DNA of 64,000 nt, from the NCBI GenBank assembly GCA_041667185.1, contig JBAYFM010000003.1:16962-80961 (forward strand). The letters are read 5' to 3'. The notes beneath the pieces are model-generated. The model was not told the origin of the DNA, did no database searches, and saw nothing but the letters and a program-made list of their open reading frames with translations. The stretch is from Patescibacteria group bacterium (lineage in GTDB: Bacteria > Patescibacteriota > Patescibacteriia > SG8-24). The position numbers and the translations under genes were made by a program. Numbering within the stretch: the first letter of the stretch is position 1; every line of letters begins with the position of its first letter. Of the stretch, positions 18,981 through 28,821 are shown piece after piece.

Positions 18981-20864
18981 ATGACCGCCAACGAGATCCG
19001 CGAAAAATATCTGGATTTCTTCCGCCAGCGCGGCCATGCCGTGATTCCGTCCGCGTCGCTCATCCCGGAGAATGATCCGACAGTGCTCTTCACGACCGCC
19101 GGCATGCACCCGCTCGTCCCGTATCTTTTGGGCGAACCGCACCCCATGGGCAAACGCCTCACGGACGCGCAGAAGTGCATCCGCACCGGCGACATCGACG
19201 AAGTGGGGGATAATCGCCATCTGACCTTCTTCGAGATGCTCGGCAACTGGTCCTTAGGCGACTATTTCAAGAAAGAAGCCATTGCCTGGAGCTTCGAGTT
19301 CCTGACGGGTTCGGACTGGCTCAAGCTTGATCCGCAGCGTCTTTACGTCAGTTTTTTCGAAGGCGACGCCGTGGCGCCGCGCGACGACGAGTCGGCGGAG
19401 ATCTGGTGCCAGCAATTCGCCACGGCCGGCATCGACGCCAGGATCGGCGAGCGCATTTTTGCCTATCCCAAAGCCAAGAATTGGTGGGGTCCGGCCGGTC
19501 AGACCGGTCCGTGCGGTCCGGACACCGAGATGTTCTACGACACGCTGAACCTCGCCGATCCCAAGGAGCACGCGCTGGGCTGGGCTAGCAAAGAACCCTG
19601 CCACCCGAACTGCGACTGCGGCCGCTACGTCGAGATCTGGAACGATGTCTTCATGCAGTTCAACAAGAATGCGGAGGGTAAATTCGAGCCGCTCGCGAAA
19701 CCGAATGTCGATACCGGCATGGGCCTGGAGCGCACGACGATGATCCTGCAGAGCGTGCCGACGGTCTTCGATACGGAAATGTTCCAGCCGTTGTTCGCCG
19801 AGATCGAGTCCCGTTGCGGTAAGAAGTACGGCAGTGACGCCGAAACCACGCGCATGATGCGCATCATCGCCGACCACGCCAAAGCCGCGACCTTCATCAT
19901 CGGCGACCCGCGCGGCGTCGGTCCCTCGAACGTCGACCAGGGCTACATCGTGCGTCGGCTCATCCGCCGCGCCGTGCGTTTCGGCCGCAGTCTCGGCATC
20001 GAGGGATACTTCGTGACCGATCTCGCTCGCAAGGTCATCGAGTTGTACGCCGGGGCCTATTCCGAACTGGCGACGAATTCCGACCGCGTCATTCAGGAGC
20101 TTTCCGCCGAGGAGGAGAAGTTCAGCCACACGCTTCAGCGCGGCGCCGAAGAAGTGACTAGATTGATGGTCAGGCACAACCTCAAGAATATGGGGTCTCC
20201 CGGCGTTCAGTCGACTTCGATTACCGGTAAAGAAGCGTTTTATTTGTACGAATCATTCGGTTTCCCGAAAGAGATCACTGAAGAGATCATCGGCGATAAG
20301 ATCGATCAGAACGAATGGGACGCTGAGATGAAGAAACATCAGGACCTCTCTCGCGCCGGCGCCGAACAGAAATTCTCCGGCGGCCTCGCGGACCACTCCG
20401 AGGATGTCGTTCGGCTGCATACCGCGACCCACATGCTGCACGCCGCGCTCCGCCAGGTGCTCGGCGATCATGTCGAGCAGCGCGGTTCGAACATCACCGC
20501 CGAACGTCTGCGTTTCGATTTTTCGCACCCGCAGAAGCTGACGCCCGACGAATTGAAAAAAGTTGAAGCGATCGTCAACGAGAAGATCGCCGCCGACCTG
20601 CCGGTGACGTTCGCCATGATGACGGTCGATGAAGCCAAAGCCGCGGGTTCGATCGGCCTCTTCGAAGACAAATATTCCAAGCTCGGCAACAAAGTGAAAG
20701 TCTACACCGTCGGCGACGATGCCCATGGCGTCTATTCGCGCGAGATCTGCGGCGGCCCGCACGCCGAGCGCACGAGCCAGCTCGTCTCTTTCAAGATCCT
20801 CAAAGAAGAAGCTTCTTCGGCCGGCATCCGCCGCATCAAAGCCGTCGTCGGCCAAGCCGCTTGA
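18981..20864 (+). CDS. alaS: Alanine--tRNA ligase lacking the C-Ala domain
   Basis: LFTTAGM, HLTFFEMLGNWS, DTGMGLER, HTATHML, EICGGPH; 627 aa. Confidence 0.97.
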   Translation: MTANEIREKYLDFFRQRGHAVIPSASLIPENDPTVLFTTAGMHPLVPYLLGEPHPMGKRLTDAQKCIRTGDIDEVGDNRHLTFFEMLGNWSLGDYFKKEAIAWSFEFLTGSDWLKLDPQRLYVSFFEGDAVAPRDDESAEIWCQQFATAGIDARIGERIFAYPKAKNWWGPAGQTGPCGPDTEMFYDTLNLADPKEHALGWASKEPCHPNCDCGRYVEIWNDVFMQFNKNAEGKFEPLAKPNVDTGMGLERTTMILQSVPTVFDTEMFQPLFAEIESRCGKKYGSDAETTRMMRIIADHAKAATFIIGDPRGVGPSNVDQGYIVRRLIRRAVRFGRSLGIEGYFVTDLARKVIELYAGAYSELATNSDRVIQELSAEEEKFSHTLQRGAEEVTRLMVRHNLKNMGSPGVQSTSITGKEAFYLYESFGFPKEITEEIIGDKIDQNEWDAEMKKHQDLSRAGAEQKFSGGLADHSEDVVRLHTATHMLHAALRQVLGDHVEQRGSNITAERLRFDFSHPQKLTPDELKKVEAIVNEKIAADLPVTFAMMTVDEAKAAGSIGLFEDKYSKLGNKVKVYTVGDDAHGVYSREICGGPHAERTSQLVSFKILKEEASSAGIRRIKAVVGQAA

Positions 20865-20908
20865 GCTTAAGGCTGGATAAGCTCAATTCGGTCCTCAGGC
20901 TCAAGCGC

Positions 20909-20936
20909 TTGACAAGCGGCGTCACACTGCTACAAT
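20909..20936 (+). promoter_or_regulatory. Promoter for infA
   Basis: TTGACA-N16-TACAAT with extended TG. Confidence 0.65.
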
Positions 20937-21023
20937 ATCCAGGCTTAAGAAAGCGCACCTATCGGCTTACCGGCCGGGGCGCGGTTTCTGCATAAATTTT
21001 TTATTTCGCACCGCCCAGCCGCT

Positions 21024-21284
21024 ATGGCTGAGAATACCACAGTCGATCCAGCCGCTTCCGTCGCGGAGGATGTCTCGAAAAAGTTCATCGAAATGCACGG
21101 GGTGATCGAGGAGTGTCTCCCGGCCGCTTCTTTCCGGGTCCGCCTGGACAACGGCCAAGTGATCCTCGGACATCTGTCGGGCAAAATGAGAATGAACCGC
21201 ATCCGTCTGCTTCCTGGCGACGAGGTCAAGGTCGAAATGACTCCCTACGACCTCACCAAGGGTCGGATCGTTTACCGGTATTGA
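21024..21284 (+). CDS. infA: Translation initiation factor IF-1
   Basis: [19 protein letters not shown]...[12 protein letters not shown]. Confidence 0.97.
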   Translation: MAENTTVDPAASVAEDVSKKFIEMHGVIEECLPAASFRVRLDNGQVILGHLSGKMRMNRIRLLPGDEVKVEMTPYDLTKGRIVYRY

Positions 21285-21404
21285 TCCGGTGCAACGTTGC
21301 GGACAGGGGGCAGTGGACAGAAAAAAGGCCGTGCTGTACACTGTTTCCGCTTCGCTCAAAGCAAGCTTATTTTATTCAGTTAAGGCGCCTGGCGCCCCAG
21401 CAAC

Positions 21405-21518
21405 ATGAAAGTCAGGGCTTCTGTCAAGAAAATCTGCCGCAACTGCAAGGTCATCCGAAGGTTCAATCGCCTTTACGTCATTTGTAAAACCGCGAAGCAT
21501 AAGCAACGTCAGGGCTAA
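21405..21518 (+). CDS. rpmJ: 50S ribosomal protein L36 (below the ORF-track size cutoff)
   Basis: Manual translation [37 protein letters not shown]; promoter TGGACA-N17-TACACT at 21314-21342. Confidence 0.97.
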   Translation: MKVRASVKKICRNCKVIRRFNRLYVICKTAKHKQRQG

Positions 21519-21556
21519 TTGGCTGATCGCCAATAGCTGATAGCTAATAGCAAACT

Positions 21557-21943
21557 ATGGCTGCTCGTATCGCCGGCATCACTCTGCCCAACAAACACAT
21601 CGAGATCGCGCTGACCTACATTTATGGTATCGGCCGTTCTCGCGCTCAGAAGATCCTGAAACAGATGAAGATCAAGTTGACCACCCGCGCCAACGATCTG
21701 ACCGCCGACGAGGTCAACCGGCTGCGCGAGGAGATCGAGAAGAACTACAAGATCGAGGGCGAGTTGCGCCGCGATGTCCAGGCCAACGTCAAGCGCCTGA
21801 AAGAGATCAATTCCTACCGCGGCAGCCGCCACGCCAAGGGTCTGCCCGCTCGCGGCCAGCGCACCAAGACCAACTCCCGCACCGTGCGCGGCAATGTCCG
21901 CCGGACGATGGGTTCGGGCCGCTCCAAACTCACCAAGACCTAA
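21557..21943 (+). CDS. rpsM: 30S ribosomal protein S13
   Basis: [25 protein letters not shown]. Confidence 0.98.
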   Translation: MAARIAGITLPNKHIEIALTYIYGIGRSRAQKILKQMKIKLTTRANDLTADEVNRLREEIEKNYKIEGELRRDVQANVKRLKEINSYRGSRHAKGLPARGQRTKTNSRTVRGNVRRTMGSGRSKLTKT

Positions 21944-21973
21944 AGCCGCAGGCTGAACTGATCATCAATCACT

Positions 21974-22441
21974 ATGGAAGACGTCAAGAAAAACGATCCC
22001 AAGGCTGCGGAGACTGCCGCCCCGGCCGGAGCCGACAAGGCCGCTGATGCCGCCAAGACGAAAGGCCGGAGCCGCCGCCGCAAGGCTGTGCGTCAGGTCT
22101 CGAGCGGCCGCGCCTACGTCCACGCTTCTTACAACAACACCATCGTTACCGTGACCGATGCGAACGGCAATGTCCTCGGCTGGTCGAGCGCTGGCAAGGT
22201 CGGTTTCAAGGGTCCCAAGAAGGCGACCCCGTACGCCGCGAGCGTGATCGTCAAGGATCTCATCGACCGCATCCGCGACACCGGCCTCAAGGAAGTCAAC
22301 GTCTTCGTCTGCGGCATCGGTTCCGGCCGCGAAGCCTCGGTCCGCGCGCTGCATGCCAACGGCATCAACGTGCTCGCGATCAAGGATATGACCCCGATCC
22401 CACATAACGGCTGCCGCGCGCCTAAGCCGCGCCGCATCTAG
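21974..22441 (+). CDS. rpsK: 30S ribosomal protein S11
   Basis: SYNNTIVT, KKATPYAA, TPIPHNGCR. Confidence 0.98.
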   Translation: MEDVKKNDPKAAETAAPAGADKAADAAKTKGRSRRRKAVRQVSSGRAYVHASYNNTIVTVTDANGNVLGWSSAGKVGFKGPKKATPYAASVIVKDLIDRIRDTGLKEVNVFVCGIGSGREASVRALHANGINVLAIKDMTPIPHNGCRAPKPRRI

Positions 22442-22452
22442 CGCCACTGACT

Positions 22453-23082
22453 ATGTCTAGGAGACTCGAATCCAAATGCAAGATGTGCCGGCGGGAGGGC
22501 GAGAAGCTTTTCCTTCGCGGCGACAAATGTAACACGGCGCACTGTCCGATCGTGCGGCGCAATTTCAAGCCGGGCGTTCATGGCCCGACCTCGCGCCCGC
22601 GGCCGACTCCGTACGGCATCCAGCTGCGCGAGAAGCAGAAGGTCAAGGAGATCTACGGCATCCAGGAGCGCCAGTTCCGGAATTATTTCCTCAAGGCCAA
22701 GCGCAAGATCGGCAACACGGCCAGTTTCATGGTCCAGATGCTCGAGATGCGGTTGGACAACGTCGTTTTCCGCCTTGGTTTCGGCCGCGCCCGTTCGCTG
22801 GCTCGTCAGCTCGTGAGCCATGGCCACATCCGGGTCAACAACAAGCGCGTCACCGTGGCCTCCTATCAGGTGAAGCCCGGCGACGTCATCACTTACGGCG
22901 ACCGCATCAAGAAGAGCAAGCTCGTGAGCGCTGATCTGGCCCGCATCGAGAAGCATCAGACGCCGGGTTGGCTCAATCTCGACGCCAAAGAACTGACTGG
23001 CAAGGTCCTGAACCGCCCGGAAGGCGAGGATTTGAAGCAGAATTTCGACCCGACCAAGATAGTCGAGTTCTACTCCAGATAA
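22453..23082 (+). CDS. rpsD: 30S ribosomal protein S4
   Basis: CRREGEKLFL, QLREKQK, LEMRLDNVV, VEFYSR. Confidence 0.98.
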   Translation: MSRRLESKCKMCRREGEKLFLRGDKCNTAHCPIVRRNFKPGVHGPTSRPRPTPYGIQLREKQKVKEIYGIQERQFRNYFLKAKRKIGNTASFMVQMLEMRLDNVVFRLGFGRARSLARQLVSHGHIRVNNKRVTVASYQVKPGDVITYGDRIKKSKLVSADLARIEKHQTPGWLNLDAKELTGKVLNRPEGEDLKQNFDPTKIVEFYSR

Positions 23083-23124
23083 CCAAGCCGGCCCGTTCGC
23101 GGGTCGGAACCATGCATCAAAATT

Positions 23125-23991
23125 ATGGAAGACTTATTGCTTCCTTCTAAGGTCGAGATCATCCCCGGCAAGACCGAACGCGAAGCCGTGCTCGTCGTCG
23201 AGCCGTGTTTCCACGGTTACGGCACCACCATCGGCAACGCTCTGCGCCGCGTGATGCTGTCGTCACTCCCGGGCGCCGCCGTCACCGCCATCAAGATCAA
23301 GGGCGTCCAGCACGAGTTTTCGTCCATTCCCGGCGTCAAAGAGGACACGCTCGAGGTCGTCCTGAACATGAAGGCTCTGCGTTTGCGCCTGTTCGGCGAG
23401 GGCCCGGTCCGTCTGCGCCTCTACGCCAAGGGCGCGACCGAAGTCACGGCCGCCGACATCGAAGGCAATTCCGACGTCGAGATCGTCAATCCTGATCTGC
23501 ACATCGCCACCCTGACCGACAAGAAGTCCGAGTTCGAGATGGAGATCATCGTCGGCAAGGGCCGCGGCTACACCACCACCGAGGAGCGCAGCAAGGAGAA
23601 GGCCGAGCTCGGCGTCATCGCCATCGATTCCATCTTCTCGCCGGTGCGCGAGGTCGGCTATCGCGTGGAGAACGTCCGCGTCGGCCGCATCACCAACTTC
23701 GACAAGCTGGTCATGGACATCGAGACTGACGGTACGATGATGCCGTCCGAGGCCGTCGATCGCTCGGTGCGCATCCTGATCGACCATTTCACCCTGATCC
23801 TGAACCGCGGTACGGTCGTTGAGCCGGCTCTGCCGGAACTCGCCGCCGAGGTTGCGCCGATCGAAGCCGCGGAAGCGGTCGAGGTCGCCGCTCCGGCCGA
23901 GGTCGAAGAGACCGAGGAGTCGGATGAGGATAAGAAAGATAAGAAGGCCAAGGCCCCCAAGAAGGCCAAGAAGGCCGCCAAGAAAAAATAG
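23125..23991 (+). CDS. rpoA: RNA polymerase alpha subunit without folded CTD
   Basis: GYGTTIGNALRR, HEFSSIPGVKED, DSIFSPV; acidic then Lys-rich tail. Confidence 0.97.
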   Translation: MEDLLLPSKVEIIPGKTEREAVLVVEPCFHGYGTTIGNALRRVMLSSLPGAAVTAIKIKGVQHEFSSIPGVKEDTLEVVLNMKALRLRLFGEGPVRLRLYAKGATEVTAADIEGNSDVEIVNPDLHIATLTDKKSEFEMEIIVGKGRGYTTTEERSKEKAELGVIAIDSIFSPVREVGYRVENVRVGRITNFDKLVMDIETDGTMMPSEAVDRSVRILIDHFTLILNRGTVVEPALPELAAEVAPIEAAEAVEVAAPAEVEETEESDEDKKDKKAKAPKKAKKAAKKK

Positions 23992-24032
23992 GCGCTGGAT
24001 CATAATCGCCAAGCTTAAGTCACTGGAAGAAT

Positions 24033-24383
24033 ATGCGTCATCGGAATACCGGAAAGATCCTCGACAGGAAGATCGGGCCGCGCAAAGCGTTGCTGAAGGG
24101 CTTGGCGACCAGTTTGATCCTGTACGAAAAGATCAAGACCACCAAGGCCAAAGCCAAAGCGGTCCGACCTCTCGTGGAGAAGCTGATCACCTCGGGCAAA
24201 GTCGGCGGCGTGGCCGCGCGGCGCGCCCTGCAACAGTCGCTCACGAGCGAGAACGCCGCTAAGAAGGTCGTCGAAGAGCTCGCTCCGCGCTATAAGGACC
24301 GCAAGGGCGGTTATCTGCGCATCACGACGCTGGGTCGCCGCCAGGGCGACGCGGCCGAGATGGTCCAGATCGAACTCGTCTAG
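24033..24383 (+). CDS. rplQ: 50S ribosomal protein L17
   Basis: MRHR, IKTTKAKAK, GGYLRI, RQGDAA. Confidence 0.98.
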   Translation: MRHRNTGKILDRKIGPRKALLKGLATSLILYEKIKTTKAKAKAVRPLVEKLITSGKVGGVAARRALQQSLTSENAAKKVVEELAPRYKDRKGGYLRITTLGRRQGDAAEMVQIELV

Positions 24384-24394
24384 CTGATAAAGAT

Positions 24395-24766
24395 ATGGCA
24401 CGCACTACCGTCAAAAAGAGCAAGACCGTCACCCTCGACGCCGCCGGCCAGAGCGTCGGCCGCCTCGCGACCGAAGTTTCGCAGCTGCTTCAGGGTAAGC
24501 GGGATCCGGGCTACGAGCCGCGGATCGATTCCGGCGTCGCGGTCGAGGTCAAGAATATCAGCAAGCTGAAGTTCACCGGCAAGAAGCTGGACCAGAAGAT
24601 CTATTATCATTACTCCGGCTACCCGGGCGGCATGCGGGAGCGTCAGCTCAAGGATGTGCTCGCCAGGAGCCCGGCCGAGGTGCTGCGCCGGACCGTCTGG
24701 AACATGCTGCCGAAGAATCGCCAGCGCAAGGACCGGATGAAGCGGCTCACGGTCGCTAAAGAGTAG
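24395..24766 (+). CDS. rplM: 50S ribosomal protein L13
   Basis: DAAGQSVGRLA, YSGYPGG, MLPKNR. Confidence 0.96.
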   Translation: MARTTVKKSKTVTLDAAGQSVGRLATEVSQLLQGKRDPGYEPRIDSGVAVEVKNISKLKFTGKKLDQKIYYHYSGYPGGMRERQLKDVLARSPAEVLRRTVWNMLPKNRQRKDRMKRLTVAKE

Positions 24767-24774
24767 TACCACCT

Positions 24775-25347
24775 ATGACTGCCACCAAGAAACCCGAGAC
24801 CGCCAAACCGGCTGTCAAGAAAGCCGCTCCGAAGAAACCGGCCGCCGCCAAGAAACCGGCCGTCAAGAAGCCGGAAGTCGTCGTCGAAGCCGAGGTCGCG
24901 GTGAAGATCGCTGCTCCGGTCGTCGTTGAGAAACCGGCCGCTGCCGTCGCTGGAGCTTCCGGTTACATCTACGCCCTGGGTCGCCGCAAGCGCGCCACCG
25001 TTCAGGCTAGACTGTATTCGAACGGCAAGGGCGAGATCAAAGTGAACGGCAAACCTTTGAAGGAATATTTCACCACCGACGTTCTGCAGAGCACGGTCAT
25101 GGCCCCGCTCAAGGCTGTCGGCCTTGATGACAAGGTCAATATCGATCTCAAGGCCATCGGCGGCGGCATGGCCGCCCAGGCCGGAGCCGCCCGGCACGGC
25201 ATTTCGCGGACGCTCGTGAAGATGAACGAGGAGTTCCGCAAGACCCTGAAACCGATGGGCTTCATGACTCGCGATCCGCGCGAGAAGGAGCGCAAGAAGT
25301 ACGGTTTGAAGAAAGCGCGCAAAGGACCGCAGTGGGCCAAGCGCTAA
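24775..25347 (+). CDS. rpsI: 30S ribosomal protein S9 with Lys/Ala/Pro-rich N-extension
   Basis: GRRK, QAGAARHGI, TRDPREKERKKYGLKKARKGPQWAKR. Confidence 0.97.
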   Translation: MTATKKPETAKPAVKKAAPKKPAAAKKPAVKKPEVVVEAEVAVKIAAPVVVEKPAAAVAGASGYIYALGRRKRATVQARLYSNGKGEIKVNGKPLKEYFTTDVLQSTVMAPLKAVGLDDKVNIDLKAIGGGMAAQAGAARHGISRTLVKMNEEFRKTLKPMGFMTRDPREKERKKYGLKKARKGPQWAKR

Positions 25348-25395
25348 CAGCAGAACTGAAATTCCCGGCCGTGAGGCCGGGAGTTTTGATATATC

Positions 25396-25454
25396 GATCA
25401 GGTGCCTGGCATCGATCGGGTGTCTGGCTCCCCGCGGATGCCTGGCACCTGATC
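25396..25454. repeat. Cluster of three REP-like 13-bp palindromic units forming a long hairpin
   Basis: GGTGCCTGGCATC, GGTGTCTGGCTCC, GATGCCTGGCACC; related copies at 27310-27322 and 55553-55565. Confidence 0.7.
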
Positions 25455-25522
25455 AAAAAAAGACACCGAAATAAAAATCCCGACGGCCGAGGCGTCGTCG
25501 GGATCGATATCGAGGAAAGGAA

Positions 25523-26533
25523 CTATTCGGTGGGTGCTTCGCGTCGGAAGAAGACCAGCCAGATGCGCATGAGGTAGTCGACGGCCTTTTCCTTGCCGTG
25601 GGCGTGGATGTAGTACTCGCCCTTGGTCACGTTCTCGCCATAGAACAGCCGGTGCAGATTCTGGCGCGTGTCCGACCAGTCGATGCTGATGACGCTCTTG
25701 CGCCAGCCGATGGTGATCTCGCCCAGGTGCATCCGGAACTTGAACCACGGGGCGCAGCGCTCGCAGTCGCAGTAGCCGTTGGGGATGGCTTCGAGCTTGG
25801 CGTCGCCGTAACCGGCGGCTTGGAGGATCTCGCTAAAATATTGTCGCATCTCCTGCTCGCGGTGCTGGCGATTGCACTTGCGGTGATAGTAGCGCCGAAC
25901 GTTGAAGAGTGCTTCGTCGCCGGGCTGAATGACGTAGTCGTCGTCGATACCCTCGCGTTCGCCGACCTAGCCGAGTTTGTTGATCTTCGCATCCGGATAC
26001 TTCGGATCCGACCGCATATCGATGAAGCGATCGTTGCGGATCGAACTGCCGCCCGATTGGATGAAGTACTCGGCAGCGCGCCGGCGGGCGAAGACTATTT
26101 TGACCTCGCCGAGCGTCTGGCCGACGAATCGGGTGAGGTCGACGACCTTGGTGTCGCAGGTGGCGTGGAAGTCGTGGCAATCGGCCAGACTCCAGTATTC
26201 GCCGCAGTGCGCACAGCAAATGGATCGCGGCGGCGCGGGGACCTCGAGGGCGACCTCGATCCACGTATTGGCCGGCAAGTAGTTCCAGAGTTCCTTTTGC
26301 GGCAGGACATCGGGCAGACCCAGGACCATCTCTTTAGGGATATTCTTGCCGGTGATCCGGCTGAAGTTACCGCAGGAGTCGGTGGTCCAGCGCCCGAGGA
26401 TCACGAAGTCGTTCAGCCGCTCATGCCGCTTGTAGCCGGCCCGGAAGCGGTCGTCGATGAGCCGGTTGAGACCCTCGAGGTCGGTCAGGTATTTGGCTAT
26501 CCCTTCGGCGGTATCGTACGGTTTCGTTGTCAT
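25523..26533 (-). pseudogene. Cys-rich hypothetical gene interrupted by a single in-frame TAG
   Basis: ORFs 25967-26620 and 25523-25849 share a frame: ...KINKLG*VGEREGIDDDYVIQPGD...EMRQYF. Confidence 0.75.
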
Positions 26534-26719
26534 GATCTGACCTTTCGTTGGGTTGTGAAAGTACTTGGTGTTTACGGTCAGGATGAACAAATATATAGCT
26601 AAAATACGGCTAGAGGTCAAGTTATCGCTCAGTCGGAACCGCTGGGTGCCTCCGGATATACTTAAACTATGGTAAAATGGATCACGTTCGGTTCATCTAA
26701 TAAATGTTCAAACGGATAT

Positions 26720-27220
26720 ATGAATAAGAATATCGCGCTCCTGGTCATGGCCGCGGCTTTGGTGCTCGTGGGAGCCGGGTGCGGCAAGACGACGACGATG
26801 ATTTCCGGCGACCAGGCCGCGTCAAGAGACCAGGTCGTCCGGACCGCCGCTTTTCTGGATCTGAGCAATCAGGGCCTGACCAAGGTGCCGGCCGATGTCT
26901 TCGGTCGGACCGGGTTGGAGGTGCTCGACCTGTCGAATAATCGTCTGACCGGGGCCATTCCCGCGGAGATCAGGCTGCTGCAAAAATTGAAGACGCTGAA
27001 TCTGAGCAACAATGAGATGACCGGCCTACCGGCCGAAGTCGGACAATTGCGCGACCTAGAGGTGCTGGATCTGTCCAATAACCAGTTGACGGGTTTGCCG
27101 AACGAACTCCGCAACCTGTCGAAACTGCGGACCTTGAATCTCGCCGGAAATCCTTATTCCGCGGCTGATCTCGAGTACATCCGGCAAGGCTTGCCGAACG
27201 CCGTGATCATCATCAAGTGA
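26720..27220 (+). CDS. Leucine-rich-repeat lipoprotein
   Basis: LVGAGC lipobox; repeated LxxLDLSNNxLTGLPxE units. Confidence 0.92.
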   Translation: MNKNIALLVMAAALVLVGAGCGKTTTMISGDQAASRDQVVRTAAFLDLSNQGLTKVPADVFGRTGLEVLDLSNNRLTGAIPAEIRLLQKLKTLNLSNNEMTGLPAEVGQLRDLEVLDLSNNQLTGLPNELRNLSKLRTLNLAGNPYSAADLEYIRQGLPNAVIIIK

Positions 27221-27372
27221 AGCGGCGCTGACGAAATGAAATGAAGACTCCCCGGGCTGAAACCCCGGGGTTTTCGGCGGAGCCGCGTCGTTCGCGAATG
27301 ACATGTTTTGGTGTCAGGCACCAGCGGGGGAAGGGGATAAAAAAACGCCCGCAGAAGTGCGGGCGCTGGGAG

Positions 27373-28050
27373 TCAGTCGCAGTCGTAGACGAGGCAGAAT
27401 TCATCCAGGTCAGCCTCGGTCAGGTGGGTCTCGAGCACGGCTATGCCCGTGACATACTCGCCGCTGTTCATGATGCCGGGCCGGTTTTCGAAGTGGGCCA
27501 GGCCGATGAAATGTCCCAATTCGTGGAGCACGAGCGGGCGCAGGAACGCGACGCAGTCCGCGTGGAGCCGGTCAGCGCCGTATTCGAGGAGATAGGCCTC
27601 GTAGTCGCCATCCGGCCTTTCCTGGTAGTACGTATCCTCGGCGCAGTACCAAGGCAGCAGAGGTCCGTGGTTGGCGGAGATCAGGACGTCGCCGTAGGTC
27701 CCATAGCCGCGTCCTTCGCCGGTCACCGATTCGAGCTCCAGAAAATCCGGCGTCGTCTCGCTGATGCGGTAGATGACGTGCTGATCGTCCTCCAGATCGT
27801 GAAGGTGGAAAGTGTCCGCGGTCCGGCCGGTGACGACGAGCACTGGTCCGGGCCGGCTCAGTCTTGAGCCGGCCGCCGAATTCCATTCGGCGATCGCTTG
27901 CTCGATGCTCTCGAGTTCCATTCCGGTCCAGGCGTCTTCGATCACGATTTCGAGCGGCAGGTCCCGGCCGCAGGCGGACAGGACGGCCGCGAGCGGCAGG
28001 ATCAGCCGGAGCGCGCTGTTCAATTCAGGTCGAAAACGTAACCGAGCCAT
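27373..28050 (-). CDS. Metzincin (matrixin-like) metalloprotease lipoprotein
   Basis: LSAC lipobox; HELGHFIGLAH and Met-turn GIM. Confidence 0.88.
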   Translation of the reverse strand: MARLRFRPELNSALRLILPLAAVLSACGRDLPLEIVIEDAWTGMELESIEQAIAEWNSAAGSRLSRPGPVLVVTGRTADTFHLHDLEDDQHVIYRISETTPDFLELESVTGEGRGYGTYGDVLISANHGPLLPWYCAEDTYYQERPDGDYEAYLLEYGADRLHADCVAFLRPLVLHELGHFIGLAHFENRPGIMNSGEYVTGIAVLETHLTEADLDEFCLVYDCD

Positions 28051-28553
28051 AGCTGGCCTCCGATCAGTGCGTCTTTGTAGATGGACAGGGCGTAATTGCC
28101 GTAGTAGAGCGGCACAGAGGTCGGATCAGCCAGAAAGGCGCGCCAGTCCACGGAGATGATGTGGCGCCCGCTGATCTTCCATTCGATCCCGCAGCCGATG
28201 GTCAGGTCGAAGAGTCGGTCGATCTTGGGATGATTCACTTTTGCCCAGGGTAGGTTTCCGAACACGCCCAGGTCGAAAGCGTGGACGCGCAATTCTTCGC
28301 CGCGATAGACGTCCAGGAGCAGACCCAGACCGAGTCCGTAGGGCGCGTAGAGATTCGCTTCCAGCGCGAACGGCACGTTCGGGATGTAGCGCACGCGCGC
28401 GGCGAGGAAGGCTCCGCCGTTCATGGCGGCGTAACTGCCGCCAGCGGCGGCCACAGCCCGCTTGTCAAAAAGCGAACTGTTCTCATAAGCTGCCGCCGGA
28501 GCGGTCCAGGCCGTCCCTAAACCCAGTACAACGAGCAGAGTCGAGGTTTTCAT
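28020..28553 (-). CDS. Secreted protein resembling a small outer-membrane beta-barrel
   Basis: Signal peptide, alternating amphipathic strands, C-terminal GQLWLGYVF. Confidence 0.6.
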   Translation of the reverse strand: MKTSTLLVVLGLGTAWTAPAAAYENSSLFDKRAVAAAGGSYAAMNGGAFLAARVRYIPNVPFALEANLYAPYGLGLGLLLDVYRGEELRVHAFDLGVFGNLPWAKVNHPKIDRLFDLTIGCGIEWKISGRHIISVDWRAFLADPTSVPLYYGNYALSIYKDALIGGQLWLGYVFDLN

Positions 28554-28821
28554 GGCACCGTGCCCCCTACCCGCCACCGTACAACGGTTCAACGGATTGT
28601 TAAGGATCATGTCCGCATTCTCTTTACCAGATTTAAGCTCAAAAGTCAATGGTCGACAGCTCGCCATTTCGGGTCGTCAAAACGCCTTTTTATTGTTGGG
28701 TAAGCATCCCTTTTTAATTTTAGTACTCCCTGAAAGCGACCCTACGCCGAGGCTTGGGTGTTCATAGCGGCGATCTCTGCTATATTAATGGGACGATTCC
28801 AGTCATCTCATCTAATATCTT

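Noticed and set aside
25967-25969. Genome-wide stop-codon reassignment
   Set aside because: TAG and TGA end many conserved genes at their expected positions
27248-27275. CCCCGGG-CTGAAA-CCCCGGGG hairpin as an IS200/IS605 end
   Set aside because: No tnpA/tnpB nearby; adequately explained as a terminator after the LRR gene
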